Source: Selaginella moellendorffii (taxonomy: Eukaryota > Plantae > Lycopodiophyta). From it: a DNA stretch of 64,000 bases. Positions 23,995 to 37,700 of the stretch are shown one piece after another (positions within the stretch are counted from its first letter, which is position 1; every line of letters starts with the position of its first letter). Location: contig NW_003314283.1 of NCBI RefSeq assembly GCF_000143415.4, forward strand, positions 568,752 to 632,751, given 5' to 3'. A program made the translations under genes and the position numbers. Under the pieces are notes generated by a model. It searched no databases. It was given only the letters and a program-made list of their open reading frames with translations, and was not told the origin of the DNA.

Positions 23995-26744
23995 ATGGAC
24001 GAGGGTTTGTGTGGGAGCGCCATGGCCGCGGCGACGGCATCCTTGTCCATGGTCTCTGTCGCCGAGGCCGTGTCTCTAGCGCTCTCCGTGGCCGCCAGGC
24101 GAGAGCCAGTGGAGATCGAGCTGCTCCAAGCGCTGGGACTCATTCTCGCCGAGGATTTGCAAGCATCCGATCCGCTGCCGCCATATCCAGCTTCCGTCAA
24201 GGTATGAGGCTTTCGCTCTGTGAGAATTTCGCTTAGAATTTTCCCAGGATGGCTATGCTGTTGTGTCGTCGGATGGTCCGGGTGATTATCCAGTGGTGGC
24301 CGAAGCACGAGCTGGCCTCGATGCGGAGGGCATCACCTTAGAATCCGGGACTGTTGCGTACATCACTACTGGAGGTACTGTATGTGCGTTCTCACATTTC
24401 ACATTTTTCTTATTATGTGAAGAACGTTTCCAGGACCAGTGCCTCGCGGTGCTGACGCTGTTGTCCAGGTGGAGAATACGTGCATTGTTTCTGATCCTCG
24501 CGATGGAAAGAAGAAAATCCGCGTCCTGTCCGGTGCTAGCCAAGGCCAAGATATACGCCCTGTGGTATGGACTTTCTACTTGTAAGATCCTTTCACTTTT
24601 TAGCTAGACTTTTTTTTCTTCTAGAATCTAGACAATGAATGGTGGAGGTGAAATTTTTTATTTGTATATGCTTTTGATTTGGTTGGGAACTTTGCTTTGT
24701 TCCAGGGTTTTGATGTTGCTAAAGGAGACAAAGTTCTATCAGCCGGTGACAAGCTAGGTCCTGCGGAAATAGGCTTGCTTGCAAGCGTTGGGACTACGAA
24801 GGTCAAGGTAGAAAGCTGCAATGTTTTTATTTCTTTCATTGTGTTTTACTGTCTTGTGTTTTCAGGTGTTTCCTCGTCCCACGGTTGCTATACTGTCCAC
24901 CGGAGACGAATTAGTGGATTATTTCGAGAAAGATTTGCAGAGAGGCCAGGTGATAACATGACGTCCAGTTCTGTTGTTTAAACCTGGCTTTTTATTTTGC
25001 GTAGATTCGGGATTCAAACAGACCTATGCTTATTTCAGCTGTTCAAAATCATCAATGTACCTGTATAGACCTTGGAATCGCTCGAGATACTGAAGCAGCG
25101 ATAGAAGCAAAGCTTGTTGAAGCCATTGCTCGGGGTGTCGATGTTCTCATAACAACAGGTGGTGTTTCAATGGGGGACAGGGATTTCGTGAAGCCGAAAC
25201 TTGCTGAAAGGGGAACGGTCTATTTCAACAAGGTTAGCTTTGGACAAAACTTTTGTTTTGTTTTGTGCTAACTGTTGGCTCAGGTCAATATGAAACCAGG
25301 AAAGCCACTGACGTTTGCAACAATCGATATCACCTCAGCCCCAGGAAACATCAAGAAAATGCTTGTTTTCGGCTTGCCTGGAAACCCTGTCAGTGGCATG
25401 GTGACTTTCGATCTTATTGCACTTCCAGTTTTGAGATACATGTCCGGACAGTCTGACGTTATGCCTTGCAAGTAAGCTTCTGCCAAGTTCCAGAATACAT
25501 TCGAATGACACTTTGTTTTATGTAGAGTTCAAGCTAAAATACGTGAGCCAATCAAGCTTGATGCAACGAGGCCAGAATATCATCGCGCTATTTTACAATG
25601 GGAAGACAGTGAGATTCAGTCGGGGTACGTAACTCTGGGCTTCAGCATTTTTTCAGTTAATGATTGTCACACGCGGCCAGGTTCGTTGCAGCGAGCACAG
25701 GTCGACAGGCTAGCAGTCGCCTCTTAAGTATGAAGTCTGCAAACGCGTTACTCGAGCTTCCGAAAGGGCATGGAGTCCTAAGCGCTGGATCTCTTGTTTC
25801 TGCAATCATAATCAGGGATATCAAGAGCAAAACTCTGCCGCCTTCTTCGACAAAACCAGTGGAAACCTCAGACGCGAGCAAGCCAGGCGTGAAAGTTGCT
25901 ATTTTAACCGTGAGCGACACCGTGTCCTCGGGAAACGGTCCTGATCGAAGGTAAAAGCTGGACAAACTTTTTTGTTTTTTTTCACCATTGTTTCGTTTCT
26001 ATCCAGTGGACCAAGGGCCGTCCAGGTGATCGATTCACTCTCGAAAAGCCTGGGAGGAGCGAAAGTGGTAGCCACAGCCATCGTACCAGATAGCATACCA
26101 AGAATACAGCAAGTGCTCGAAGATTGGAGTGACAATCAACGCATCGATCTCATACTAACCACCGGTGAGTGATCAAACGTTCTGGCCGGAGTTCTAAACG
26201 AGACGAGTACTATCAGGAGGAACTGGCTGTACACCAAAGGACGTAACCCCGGAGGCCACAAGGGCGGTACTGCAAAAGGAGGCGCCTGGTCTAGCCACCG
26301 TAATGCTGCTCGAAAGCCTCAAGGTAGATTCTATTCTATCCTGTTGCTACCACTTAGATCCATTACTTTTCTTTTTAGGTGACTCCAACAGCAATGCTCT
26401 CGAGGGGCGTGGCTGGGATCCGTGGCTCCACTCTGGTATGTTTTCATACTCCCATCCATCATCTGGACTAAAGAAGCTCGCTATTTTTTTTAATTTTTTC
26501 TTTTTTCGCTTGATTGTCACAGATAATAAACATGCCTGGAAATCCCAACGCAGTGGCGGAATGCATGCAAGCATTGCTGCCGGCGCTGCCGCATGCGTTG
26601 AGGCAGGTTCGCGGTGACAAGAGAGAGAAGCACCCTCGCCATTCTCCTCATCACCAAGACACAGCTTTAGATCCTAAAGATGTCTGGACAAGGAGCTTCG
26701 TTGCTGCACAAGGCGGAGAAATGGGATGCTCGTGTTCCCATTGA
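23995..26744 (+). CDS. CNX1: Molybdopterin biosynthesis protein CNX1 (E domain + G domain)
   Basis: [123 protein letters not shown]-terminal GCSCSH. Confidence 0.96.
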
Positions 26745-26824
26745 GTTTCTACGCAAGAATCAAGAGCATCTTTGCAAAGTTTGCTTGCTTTGGTTTGATC
26801 AAAATAAAACCATACCACGCTGGT

Positions 26825-29165
26825 TTATGCTTGCGCTCTGCCAAATGGAGTGACCATCTATAGATATACAAATAATGGATTAAAACCTTGGCAAGATAAA
26901 AGAGGCAGAAATGGAAAGCAAAGAAAAGAGCAAGATGGTAGAATGGAAAGCCAAAATAATAAAAATGGAAAGAATGGAAAGAAGAGAAACTAGGCAACTT
27001 ACCATGAGTGTGTTCATTGGACCTTTGAGAGCATTCTCATTCACAGTGATACCATCCAAGTATTGCTGCAGTGCAGTTTGGAGCCTCATGTTCTCAGCCA
27101 AGACCCGCTTCTTTTCCAAGTCTAGTGTCATTTTATCCAGGAGAACCTTTGACAAGAAGCAAACAAAAACTGAGAGTTCGCATCACAGTGGAGAGATTTA
27201 CCTTGTTGTATCGCTTTTGAAACCGAGCGAGGTAGTTCCACTCCTCGACTTCGACCCCGGAGCTATCAGTTGCATATGCGGCCACCCGGTAAGTTTCGGC
27301 TGCTTTCTTCTGTGTATCGTGGAACTTCAAAACCCGTGGCTTGTCTGCAATAGTGACGCTTTTCTTCTTTGTTGCCTCGACGCTGCTGCTATCAGGTAGA
27401 ACGGCGGCCGTTTCTGTATGCCAACGGGTGTGAGTACGAGTTCCAATCCAATCTGACAAAGCTCACCATCCACTTCCGGCGGTCCCAGCAACGGATCGAA
27501 TGGAAAGATTTTCTCCTGCTCGGTTTCCAGCTGTTTGAAAAGATGTTAAAAGCGTGAAGATCCTTTGTGAGCAGTACCTTCTTACCTTGCTGTTCACGTC
27601 TCCAAATCTCATGATCCGCTGCGAAAGTTTGAGCAGCGACGTCAGCTCTATGCTTATGTCTTCACTGGTTTTTGAGATGTCCTGCAGCAGCGCAATCGGT
27701 GATTAGTCTCCATCTTTCAGGCAAAAACTCCATACTTTTAACTTCTCGTGTTCGCAATTCCTGAATCTCAACAGCTTCTTCTTGAGGCCCTGATAGTGCC
27801 CGTTTACGTAATCCTTCTGATCTCGAAGAGCCTTGTTGATTCCATCCCACTCTCGGCTGTGAAGTCGCATCAGTACGAAGCTAGTTCGCGATGACTCAAC
27901 CACCTGTTGGTTCCAATCTTCGCTCGCCAGTAGGATATGTTGTCATGTATATACATGAGCTTTCTCATTCTTTGTTCAATCAATCTTGCCGTCACCTTGT
28001 CCTTGTCAATCATCTTCTTAAACGCCTGTGTCTTGGTCTCTGTACTCGACAAGTAGTCCTGAAAACAGCTATAATCAATCAGTTGGAATATTAGAATATC
28101 GAAAGCTCACCTGGTGCGTGTGCTCCAAACGTCTCTCTAAATCCTCAATGGCGTTCTCCAGTGAGATTTTGAGAACGTTGTATTCTTCCATATTTTTGTT
28201 CTGTAAAAACAAAAATGGACAATGAACACAGCTGAATGGCAACGACATGGAATACCCGCATTTCTTCCCGACTAGCCTCGTACTCGTGACGTAGTTCCCC
28301 TTCGTGCTCTTTAAATTGCGCTTCCACTGTGTCCATCATGTCATTTAACATCTGTATAGCAGATCAAAGTTGAAGGCTAAGAAACAGAAACTTCTGACAG
28401 TCTTACTTGCTTTTGTTTGTCATGAACCCGCATCATCTCCGCTTTCTCGTTATTAAAATCTGAAGCAAGGTTTTTCAGGCGTTCTTCAAAGTTGTCACCC
28501 ATATCCTGCGGGTAAATAAACCCTTAGTTAAAAAGAGAAAACTGCCAGGAAGTACTTTTGTTCGAACGTAATGTAGATCTATCAAGCCATCGAGAACTTG
28601 CAAATGCTTGCTGAAAGATGAACGATGCTGTTCTTCGGACTCTTCCAGTTCTTGAAATAGGGATGCAAGGACATTGTTCTTCCTTTCAACCTGTTGACGG
28701 TTTCGTCAGGAAAAATGCCGGAAAGAAAACAATCAACACACCTGATAGTCATGTTCCCGAGCTAGCTCAGTGACTTCCTCCCGGAGCTCTTTTGTCCTCG
28801 AAACACGAAGGATCTTCCTCCACTGAGCGTGGATTTCGACCAAGTTTTCCTTCGTGTACCGCTCTTCTCTTTCCTGACATACATTTCAGCATCAACAGAC
28901 TCGTAAATCAATAACCGGTACCTGGAGCTGCTTCAAACGTAATAGTTGCTCAGCTTCCTTCTTCTTCCGCGTTTCTTCAGCCTGCACAACACATCAACAG
29001 CTGCGAAGAAAAAGCATGTCGTTTCACCTTGAGAGCCAGCTTCTGTGCTTTTAATTTCTTCTCTTCGGGAGTCAGCTTCTTCTTTCCCTTCCCTCCCTGT
29101 TTTCCAGAACCAATAATCTTTAGGACTTGGGAGCTCACAAGCTAGATTACCTTCTTCTTCGCCAT
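26825..29165 (-). CDS. DRC2: Dynein regulatory complex subunit 2 (CCDC65/FAP250), flagellar
   Basis: WRKILRVSRTKELREEV...ELEESEEQHRSSFSKHLQVLDGLIDLH and C-terminal FQKRYNKVLLDKMTL...ENMRLQTALQQYLDGITVNENAL..MNTLM; last exon placement approximate. Confidence 0.85.
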
Positions 29166-29344
29166 GCGTGAGAACAGAAAGCCAGTGCTTTTACCGGAAA
29201 TCTCTCGCCCAATTGGCCCAACCAGGACGTGACACGTGGCAGTAACTCACAAACAAAGAGGTCACAAGTTCACGAGAGACTTTAAAAACATTCTCTTCTC
29301 GTACGCTATATCACCAGATGAATGTCAGCCTGAAACTGAGAGCT

Positions 29345-30225
29345 CTACCTGGGTAGAATAACATTATCTTCGAGTGCTTCTTCTTGACAAGGATCGAGCG
29401 GAGAGTTTGTGACAGCAGCCGGTGTGTACGCCATCGTGGGAAGCGTAAGCTTTCTCGGGGGATTCTTGTCTTCGAGCAAAATCAGCTGGCCTGAAAAGGA
29501 GATCATGCGTTAGCTTGAAACGATTCCTTTTTCTTACGTACCATCATGCCTTACGGAGATCTCTCGTATTTGCTTGACAGCACCAGTGACATAGTCGTTG
29601 AAAATCCTCACCTCCATATTCCCTTCGAGGTAGACTCTACGTCTGTGCACAACGTTAGCAGCACAGCATAGAAGTTCTTCTTTTCTTACCCTTTACTGAT
29701 TTGCCTCGCGATCTCTCGAAGGCGTTCCGGGTACACAGCCACTTTGTGCCACTGGATCTGCTCGGGGTAATTCGGTGGCCTGATAAGGCCCGAGGTTCCA
29801 ATGGAGAACAAAGTGAGAGCTCTCCCATCGCCGAGAATTTTTTCGAACGGACCAAACCCGACTTGTCCTACGAGCACTGCCTGGATTCAAACAAAAATCA
29901 AGCATGGCCAAAGGAACAACGAAAGAATGGAGAGAACTTCATGACAAAAAATTTCCCAAAAGAACGATCACTGCGACGAACCTTGTAGAGTCCAAATGTG
30001 TTGTACGTCGCGGATCGTGAGAAGTTCTTGTCCTTCGTTGTCTCATCCCCGTTGTACAGATTATCTTCGCTGTCGGTCTCGAACTGCGTGGAGCAAAATC
30101 TCGCAGCAGATCGCCGATGGCCTACGACGATCGACACAAATGCAGCATTGCGATCGCGATGCAGCGGCAAGCAAACCTGGAAGCAGCGCCAAGCATCGCA
30201 GCGCGCGATTGACACGCCCGCTCAT
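29345..30225 (-). CDS. Organellar (mitochondrial-type) single-stranded DNA-binding protein, SSB
   Basis: MSGRVNRALRCLALLP presequence-like start; GLYK/AVLVGQVG...QWHKVAVYPERL...VYLEGNMEVRIFNDYVTGAVKQIREISVR; stop 29345-29347. Confidence 0.88.
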
Positions 30226-30490
30226 TCCAAAACCCCCAAAACCCTAGAAATAAAATCTTGGAAGGGAAGAACACCTCTTTTGTTCTATTACATTGTATAC
30301 AATGAACTTCATCGAAACTTCTTCCTTGCAAAATCACAAGGAGAGAGAACAAGAGAAAAAAAAAGGATCTCTGTACTGCTGCTTGAGAACAAACCTTCTT
30401 TGTTTCTTCTATCGTGGTCAATCAAAACTGCGGCTCCTCTCGATTTTTCCCTCTGTACAAACACGAATCCAGTCGATCGATTCGCGACTT

Positions 30491-31335
30491 TCAAGCCAGG
30501 AGCCAGAAGTTCTTCTGCCATTTGGAATTGATGAGATAGCCACCGACCTTTTTGCTTTTCCTCCTCACCGCTAGCGTCAAGCACTCGGCGTTTTGTATAC
30601 AGTAGTCGATTAGACCATCGCCAGTGAGCCTGAGAAATCTGGAAAGCGCAGGTGTTAGCCTGTGAAACGAAGAAACGAGAAGATAGTGGGCTCTTACCTC
30701 CACAAAAATCCGAATTTTCTTTGGCCAAGAACAAGCACCGAAGCCTCGAGCTTCTTGGCTTGGCCGACAATCATCGGCCCCTTGTCTCCTTCTACAACCA
30801 GAGTTTCCACTTCAATCTGCGAGGAAAAAGAAAACTCCACGCGTTTAGAGCGACACAACTGAGGAAAAGAACTCTTTTTTCACCTCTGGCCTCCGCTCCA
30901 AGCAAAGATCCTTGAGCGTGTTTAGAACTTGATACCCCTTTGCTTCGCCTCGAAACTTGGTCTTCCCTGCAGCGGACAATGCAATACCAGAAGGTGTGAG
31001 ACAAAGAAAATGAAAGAACTTCGAACTTCATCGAAATCCATACCTTGAGAGACATAGAGGAGAGTCACCACATCCAGCTTGTGGACAATGTGCGAGAGAG
31101 CCCAAAGAAGTGCCAGTCTCGCTTCGCTCGATTGATCCACCACTACAATCACCCTCTTCACCGAAGCACCAGATTTCTCGTGAGCCGACGGTGTCCAGTC
31201 CTGGCTGTTGACGCTTCCGCAACTGCTGGTGCTAGCTCGACCACAGTTCCCTGTTATCGGATTGCTCTCGCTGGACGACCTTCGATGGCCTCGCTTGAAC
31301 GACGAGTAGAGTCTTGTGAGCGCTGCTCCCGCCAT
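30491..31335 (-). CDS. Universal stress protein A-like (adenine nucleotide alpha hydrolase superfamily)
   Basis: KRVIVVVDQSSEARLALLWALSH...VTLLYV, EGDKGPMIVGQAKKLEASVLVLGQRK, YCIQNAECLTLAVRRKSKKVGGYLINSKWQKNFWLLA. Confidence 0.92.
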
Positions 31336-32529
31336 GCTGGGCAATTCCTCCTCGCGCAGCCCTGGGAGAGAATGAAGATAATCTTCTCGTGAGTACTGAA
31401 AAACCAGAGCAGCAGCAGAGGTTTTCAGGGGCTCTGTGGCGCTAGGAGAAAAAAAGCAAAGTGACAGAAGTCCCTTTTAAGCAAGACGAGAGACCAGGAA
31501 AAAAAAAAGCGTATAAAACTAGTAGAAAGAAACGTGAGGAAGACAATCCACAACTCGGCCACTCACTTGATTTCCCCGACTAGAAAACTCACAGCGTGCG
31601 GCTAAGTCGCTCTTGGAGGACAATCACAAACCGGAAAATCAACAAAACCAGACGAGGGGACGCAAAGTTTCCTCACTGTAGCTACCACGAACAAAGGATT
31701 TCTCCCAAGTGTTCATGTAGCACACACGACGACGACGGACACGTCCTTTTCTTCACATGACGCAGCAAAATGAAGAACACAGTGGCCCACTCCAGAGAAG
31801 ATAAGAGTTTTTTCTTCGCACGACCAAGACATCGCAAGAAGAAAAATCAAAAACCATCAAGAAGGCAGGAAGAAAAAAAGAAAGAAAGAAAGAAGCCAAG
31901 GAATCACACCAACCATAGCAATTGGGGCTCTGGCTAATGTTTTAAGTGAAAGCTTTAAGCACTGCTTCCACTGAGAAGTACAGCGCTGTTCCCTGTACAA
32001 AAGGAATCAAAAGTCCGGCAGGGAAGAACAGGAAAAATTCTCGAGCAAGGCAGCAAACGGAGACGATGACTTTGCACCAAGGGAGCGTCCTTCGTACAGA
32101 AGGATCGCCGATTTCTTTAAGGTGAAAAGAGGGATTCTTGCGTCGAATGCACGCCAGATCCGTCACATACCAGGTGAAACCAGGCAAACCAGGCAAGGCA
32201 GGCATTGTTTAATCGCGATTCGCGACCTGTCACTAATCAGGGGCGCACAGGGATAAGAAAATCTCACCATCTGCTTAAATCGGTAGCTAGCGCGACGCGG
32301 ACGTGTGAATTTCCCCACCGGCGCGACGCCCTGGACGTGCTCCACGCACGCCGCCGGCGCTGCCGCGGTCAGTCCGCCATCGCCATCGCCAATAATCGCC
32401 AAGAACCCTAAATTTGCTTTCACGAGACCTAGATTCTAGTATATGCTTTTACTTTGAATTTGAATTTTCCAGGAGGTCGGTAGACCATCACTCTTGAATC
32501 AATGCAATCACTTCCAAGCTGATAAATTG

Positions 32530-32621
32530 ATCGATTTTAATGTTCTTGGGGTCTATGACTATGATCTGGCCATCGCGCAATCGATCGGTTTTAATGTTCT
32601 TGGGTCTATCACTATGATCTG
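32530..32621. repeat. Short direct duplication (~40 bp, ~54-bp spacing)
   Basis: GATCGATTTTAATGTTCTTGGGGTCTATGACTATGATCTG vs GATCGGTTTTAATGTTCTTGGGTCTATCACTATGATCTG. Confidence 0.75.
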
Positions 32622-32999
32622 ACTCGTAGCTCGCCACACCAAAAGTGTGACAATCGCATGATCGAGCTCATGAATCGCGAATTTATATGAGAGTGGCCGT
32701 GCGATACGGAGCCGGGAGTGGCAGCATTTGATCTAGGCAGGCATCTAAGCATCGCCCATCGCTTGTTCTAAATCTCTGTTGATAGCAAGGACGGGGTACA
32801 CTGCTGGGGGTCACGAAATTTTTAATTAGATCTACTGTGACAAGGTCGCGCTGCTTTAATTCGATGACCGTGACACTCCAGATCCAGGAAGAACTGGTCA
32901 AGTTGATAACATTCTCACTTCCACTATGCATTGGAAGAACAGTGAATTGATAAGAGAAGAGAAGAGATTCCTTCTCATTTTTCCTGTTGATCACATCTA

Positions 33000-33923
33000 C
33001 TAGACGCTAGCCTTGATCGACTGGCTATACGAAGTTTGCCGGTCGAAGAACACGGACCAAAACATGACACCACCGTACTTTGGAGAGGATCTAATCCGTG
33101 GAAGTACTTGGCTCCTCAAAACTTGGCTGGGCACAAACCCAGATCCCGCCGCCGCTGGCGCCGCCGGCAATCCCATGAAGATCTTCACATTGGGCGTCTT
33201 GGAATTCCACTCCTTCCAAGAATCCAGGAGCCTGGTGGTGTTACTGCCATCGTACTGGCAGGGAGGATTGTTGTAGAATTGTACGTAGACGTAGTCGAAG
33301 AGCCCTTGCTTGGCGATGGCGGATCCCAGGTTTGCATCTGGAAATGGGCACTGCGGAGCCGCCGAGATCAAAACCCTGCGGCTCGAGCCTCTAGAAACGT
33401 CCCGGATCGCTTGGGCGAGCAGCGCGTACCTATCCGGGATCGCTCCATTCTCGATATCAAAGTCGATTCCATCCAAGACCGCGGATCCCAGAGGCCTGGA
33501 GCTGGATCGACCACCCAAGAAATTGTTCCACAGGTATCTCGCCACGGATCTGGCGTCGCTGGCGGAGGAGATGGTGTAATTCCCCACCGCTCCGCCGAGC
33601 GAGAGGAGGATCTGGATGCCTTTGCTCTGGCAGGAGGCGATCTGGGAGCTCAGTGTCACGCAGCCATTCGAGGATGGGTCGCAGTGGCCGGCGAGATTGA
33701 GCTGGGGGATCTGGCCGCCACCGAAAACGTTGAGGAAGGAGAGCATGATGATCTTGTAGGTGCCATTGCTGCAAGCGTTGGCGAGCGATCCTTCGTTGCC
33801 GTTTTGGCCCCAGTATATTGCGATGGATCCTTTTGCTGCTGATGCTTTTGGAGCCACTGGTGCTAGCACTGCGAGGATCACTAGGAACATAGCCAGCATT
33901 TTGCTTTGCTCAAACATTGCCAT
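33000..33923 (-). CDS. Class III (hevamine-like) GH18 chitinase, secreted, basic, intronless
   Basis: Signal peptide; [37 protein letters not shown] catalytic motif, [26 protein letters not shown]. Confidence 0.97.
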   Translation of the reverse strand: MAMFEQSKMLAMFLVILAVLAPVAPKASAAKGSIAIYWGQNGNEGSLANACSNGTYKIIMLSFLNVFGGGQIPQLNLAGHCDPSSNGCVTLSSQIASCQSKGIQILLSLGGAVGNYTISSASDARSVARYLWNNFLGGRSSSRPLGSAVLDGIDFDIENGAIPDRYALLAQAIRDVSRGSSRRVLISAAPQCPFPDANLGSAIAKQGLFDYVYVQFYNNPPCQYDGSNTTRLLDSWKEWNSKTPNVKIFMGLPAAPAAAGSGFVPSQVLRSQVLPRIRSSPKYGGVMFWSVFFDRQTSYSQSIKASV

Positions 33924-34562
33924 TATTTTCTTTGTTGGAAGTACGAGATGAGCTTTTTGGAATGCCTCGGTTTGGGTTGGACTTATATACCTCGGGGCAA
34001 CGCGGAAAGAAAGTCAGAGCTAGTAAGATTTGACTTTGACAATTATGATGAAAAAATAAAAGTAGCACCATGTTGAGACTTTGAATTTGGGGACGCAAGC
34101 ATTTGTTTTATTTGATGTGTCTCTAGTATCAAACCACAAGTGTTAATTGCTGGATATAACAGTAAGAATGTTTTATTCTGAATCTATAATTTGCAACAAA
34201 CAAAAACAATCTGGCAAAAGAGAATAGTCTCATACTTATACAAATAATTAGTGGTTCAAACTGCATTGATATTACAACTTAAATTAAGCAAGCTAATTTT
34301 ATATATATATATATATCTATAGAAACTCACAGTACTCCCCCAAATATCCTCATTGGTTACTTTATAGACTTTAAAAATTACACATTTCAGTAAGGCTTCA
34401 TATATTTAATGCTTTTTGCAAAAAAAACCAAATGATAATAATTTACCTCATTCCACAACTTTTTTCTTTATAAATCTTAGGCATATCTATATATTATTAA
34501 TTCTTAGATTAATCTATTATCATATTATATTTTTATATTTGTGAAAAAGTTTTTAATACCTT

Positions 34563-34567
<5 letters not shown>

Positions 34568-34600
<33 letters not shown>
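34568..34600. repeat. (TA)n microsatellite
   Basis: Uninterrupted AT dinucleotide run of ~16 units. Confidence 0.9.
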
Positions 34601-34603
<3 letters not shown>

Positions 34604-34783
34604 CAAATGAGCATTATATATTTACACATATGCATATTTATTGTTTTGAATTGCATGCAAAAATATTATGCATACAATCACTTTTCAATTGCTATATAAG
34701 CAATAAAAATATGATTGTATGTATAATATTTTTATTATAGAGTTTTAACTTCTTATACACACTTAGAATGGAAATCCAAGTTT

Positions 34784-37700
34784 GTAATGTACATGGATTT
34801 TACCCTTTACTTTAAAGTGATTTACTATAACATAACTATGGAATGGAACTATAACTTTTAAATGTGTGAGCAAAGGGTAGTGGAGTAAAACTCAAATTTC
34901 AAGGCAAAAACTAAATTATATTTCAAGTTGGTTGAATATGCTTAATCTACCCACTATCTTTATTATATATACATAGGCATATTGTACATATTATACATAT
35001 TATACATACATGCATTATATATGCATGTAAGCATATGCATTATACATACATATATATATTATACATATTATACATACATTCCTCCCCTTTTATTTTTTCC
35101 TCTTGAGGAAGGCTTTCACCCCAATTTCAAGAGTTAGTCTCTGAAACAATCACAAAAACTTATTAAATATGGATTGATATGAGATTGCAAATTTGGATGT
35201 GGGAACAATATTGTTGTATTCAAGACAACCTCTATATACTATAGATATGTGTCACTTGCAAATTCAGACACTTATAATAAGTTTCTTTAATTAAGTCAAG
35301 TATATTTGATTAATAGTATTTAAAAATTTCATCTTTATGCTCTTTTGGCCAAGTGCAAATGTGAAGATCAATTTCTCAACTGATTGATAAAGGGTCTAGC
35401 AATATTAACCTCTTATCATAACAGTAATGAAAAAATATTTAAAAGAACTTGTTAACAAATAACTTTTAATACTCACAATCACATTTGCAACACACTCTTC
35501 TCCCCCCAAATAGGATCAATGTCCCCGTAAATGCATACTCTAGACTAGTCTAAACCATTGCCAAAGAAACAACTCTAAAAAAAGTTTGTAATATATATAT
35601 TTTATGAGAAATATATCAACTTAAATGAATTAAAGGGTAATCTTTTAATTTAATGCAAATATCCTACAACTCAAACACCTTTTAGCTCTCACCGACATAG
35701 AAATGACCAACAAAATCAGCCACCTTTGCTATATTAGGTGTCATCTATCTTACAAAAGATGATATGCCCCTACCTATATATGATATAGAGAGATAAACTA
35801 AAGGCTTCAACCCTCTTAAACAAACAAACTAAACCTATTAGTAAAGTTTAAAAAGGTTACTATAGGTGATGTGACCAATCAATAGCAATTACCCCATAAC
35901 TAAATGCTTCATCATACACACAAAGTGTCGAAACTAGTTTATATATACTATCCCAAACCCAAAGATCAATAAATAGACAATACTAAAGTCACAGACAAAG
36001 ATATCTTAAAGGCAATAAATTATTAATAAATAAATCTTAAATTAGAACACAAATGTATTTCAATTAAGTTATTATGTAATAAACCAATACAATATAGGAA
36101 CCACCAAGATCACTATGGTTTAAAGTCATAGGATTAACCATCAAATAAAATTTAATAGCAAGTGTATCATAAAAAAAACTAATAAAATATCATTAATTGG
36201 CAAGCAAAATGCTCATGAATGTATCACTTAAATGAAATAATATTCTAATCTATTAGAAACAGCTGTAATAATAATTAACATTTCATAATGAATGTCGCAA
36301 AAATAAATAAACACTTGTTCATATAAATTATTGCATTAGCTAGTCTCAATAGATCTCAATCAACAATATAGAGGAATTAGATTTTTTCAAGAAAGTGTTA
36401 ACAATATCCTACTAATAACTTAAACTCAAAAAACCAATCTAAAATAAACTATAAAGAATATATGGTAATGTAGAAAGTTAAGACAACAACTAACCATCAA
36501 AAAATATCATTGATCATTCTAATAATAGAGATGCATAATTATCATTGAGTAATAATCCACCATCCCGAAGAATGTCAAATCATTTAACATTAATAATAAT
36601 TAAGCAAGATCTCTAATAAAGATATCAACTATTCCAATCATTACTAATGATTGCCAAATGCAAATACCAACTTCAATATTAGAACTAATGAGCTAAAATG
36701 CTTTCCCTAATAACTCTTAACAAATGAAATAATAAATATAATAACCCAAATAGCCTAAAGTTTAAAGAAGTATATAATTATATCTCACCTAACAATAATT
36801 ACAAGTTTTACATTAACCAACTTTAATACCAAAGAAGAAATCATGATATAACTCACAATACCCTCTTTAATATATCCATAAGCTAAACTTTATAATATAA
36901 AAGTTAATGAAAAGCATTATTGTATCAATCCACAAGCTAAGCATGATAAAGTTATGCTCAATAAGTGATCACTAAACAATCCTTTATGAATCCATTTTCT
37001 AAAACATGATATAATTCACTTTATAACAAGCACAAGAAGAATCATCAATGATCAATATATCCTCAACTCAAATTTTATAAAGAACCAAGAATTTCAATAT
37101 TGATAATTAACTCTTCCTTTTATGAAGCTAGTATAGTTTATGAATAAATCACTTTTGGAGGAAAAGTTAAAACTTAACCAATCTCATCTAAAACACAATT
37201 AACTCAACTTATCATTCAATTCATTTGAACACTAACATAATTACTAACTAGTAAAATGCATAAATGCTAATAACACAAAGGTATAACCAAACTATCAATA
37301 TAATTTTCATTGAGACTAGTGAAATAAAATATTAATCTCTAATGGCCCCTACCAAACATTAACCACCTGAATTACCACAATGGAAAATTTAACCTTCCAA
37401 CTTTCTCTATAGAGAGATATCCTATTTCACTATATATGCAATAATATTGTAATAGCTTTGATTAGGTTTTCAAAATGATTATTAGTTTTTACCCTTTATT
37501 TTATAATAGTTTACCATAGAATAATTATGAAGCAGAACTTAAACCTTTGTCCAAAGCACATATGGTTTTCACTTTTTACTCTATAATGGTTTACCATAAG
37601 AAAACCATTAGATACATGAGCCAAAGGTAGTGAAATCTAAGTTTAAGGCTTTATGCCACTAAATGAAGGTACAAAGCTAAACTCCTGAATATATAAATAG

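Noticed and set aside
31461-31475. TGACAGAAG as miR156 precursor
   Set aside because: Only 9 nt match, and no complementary star arm or hairpin was found
33013-33842. Plus-strand ORFs opposite the chitinase, and similar antisense ORFs opposite RWP-RK, FMO and the CR gene
   Set aside because: Antisense shadows of GC3-rich coding sequence
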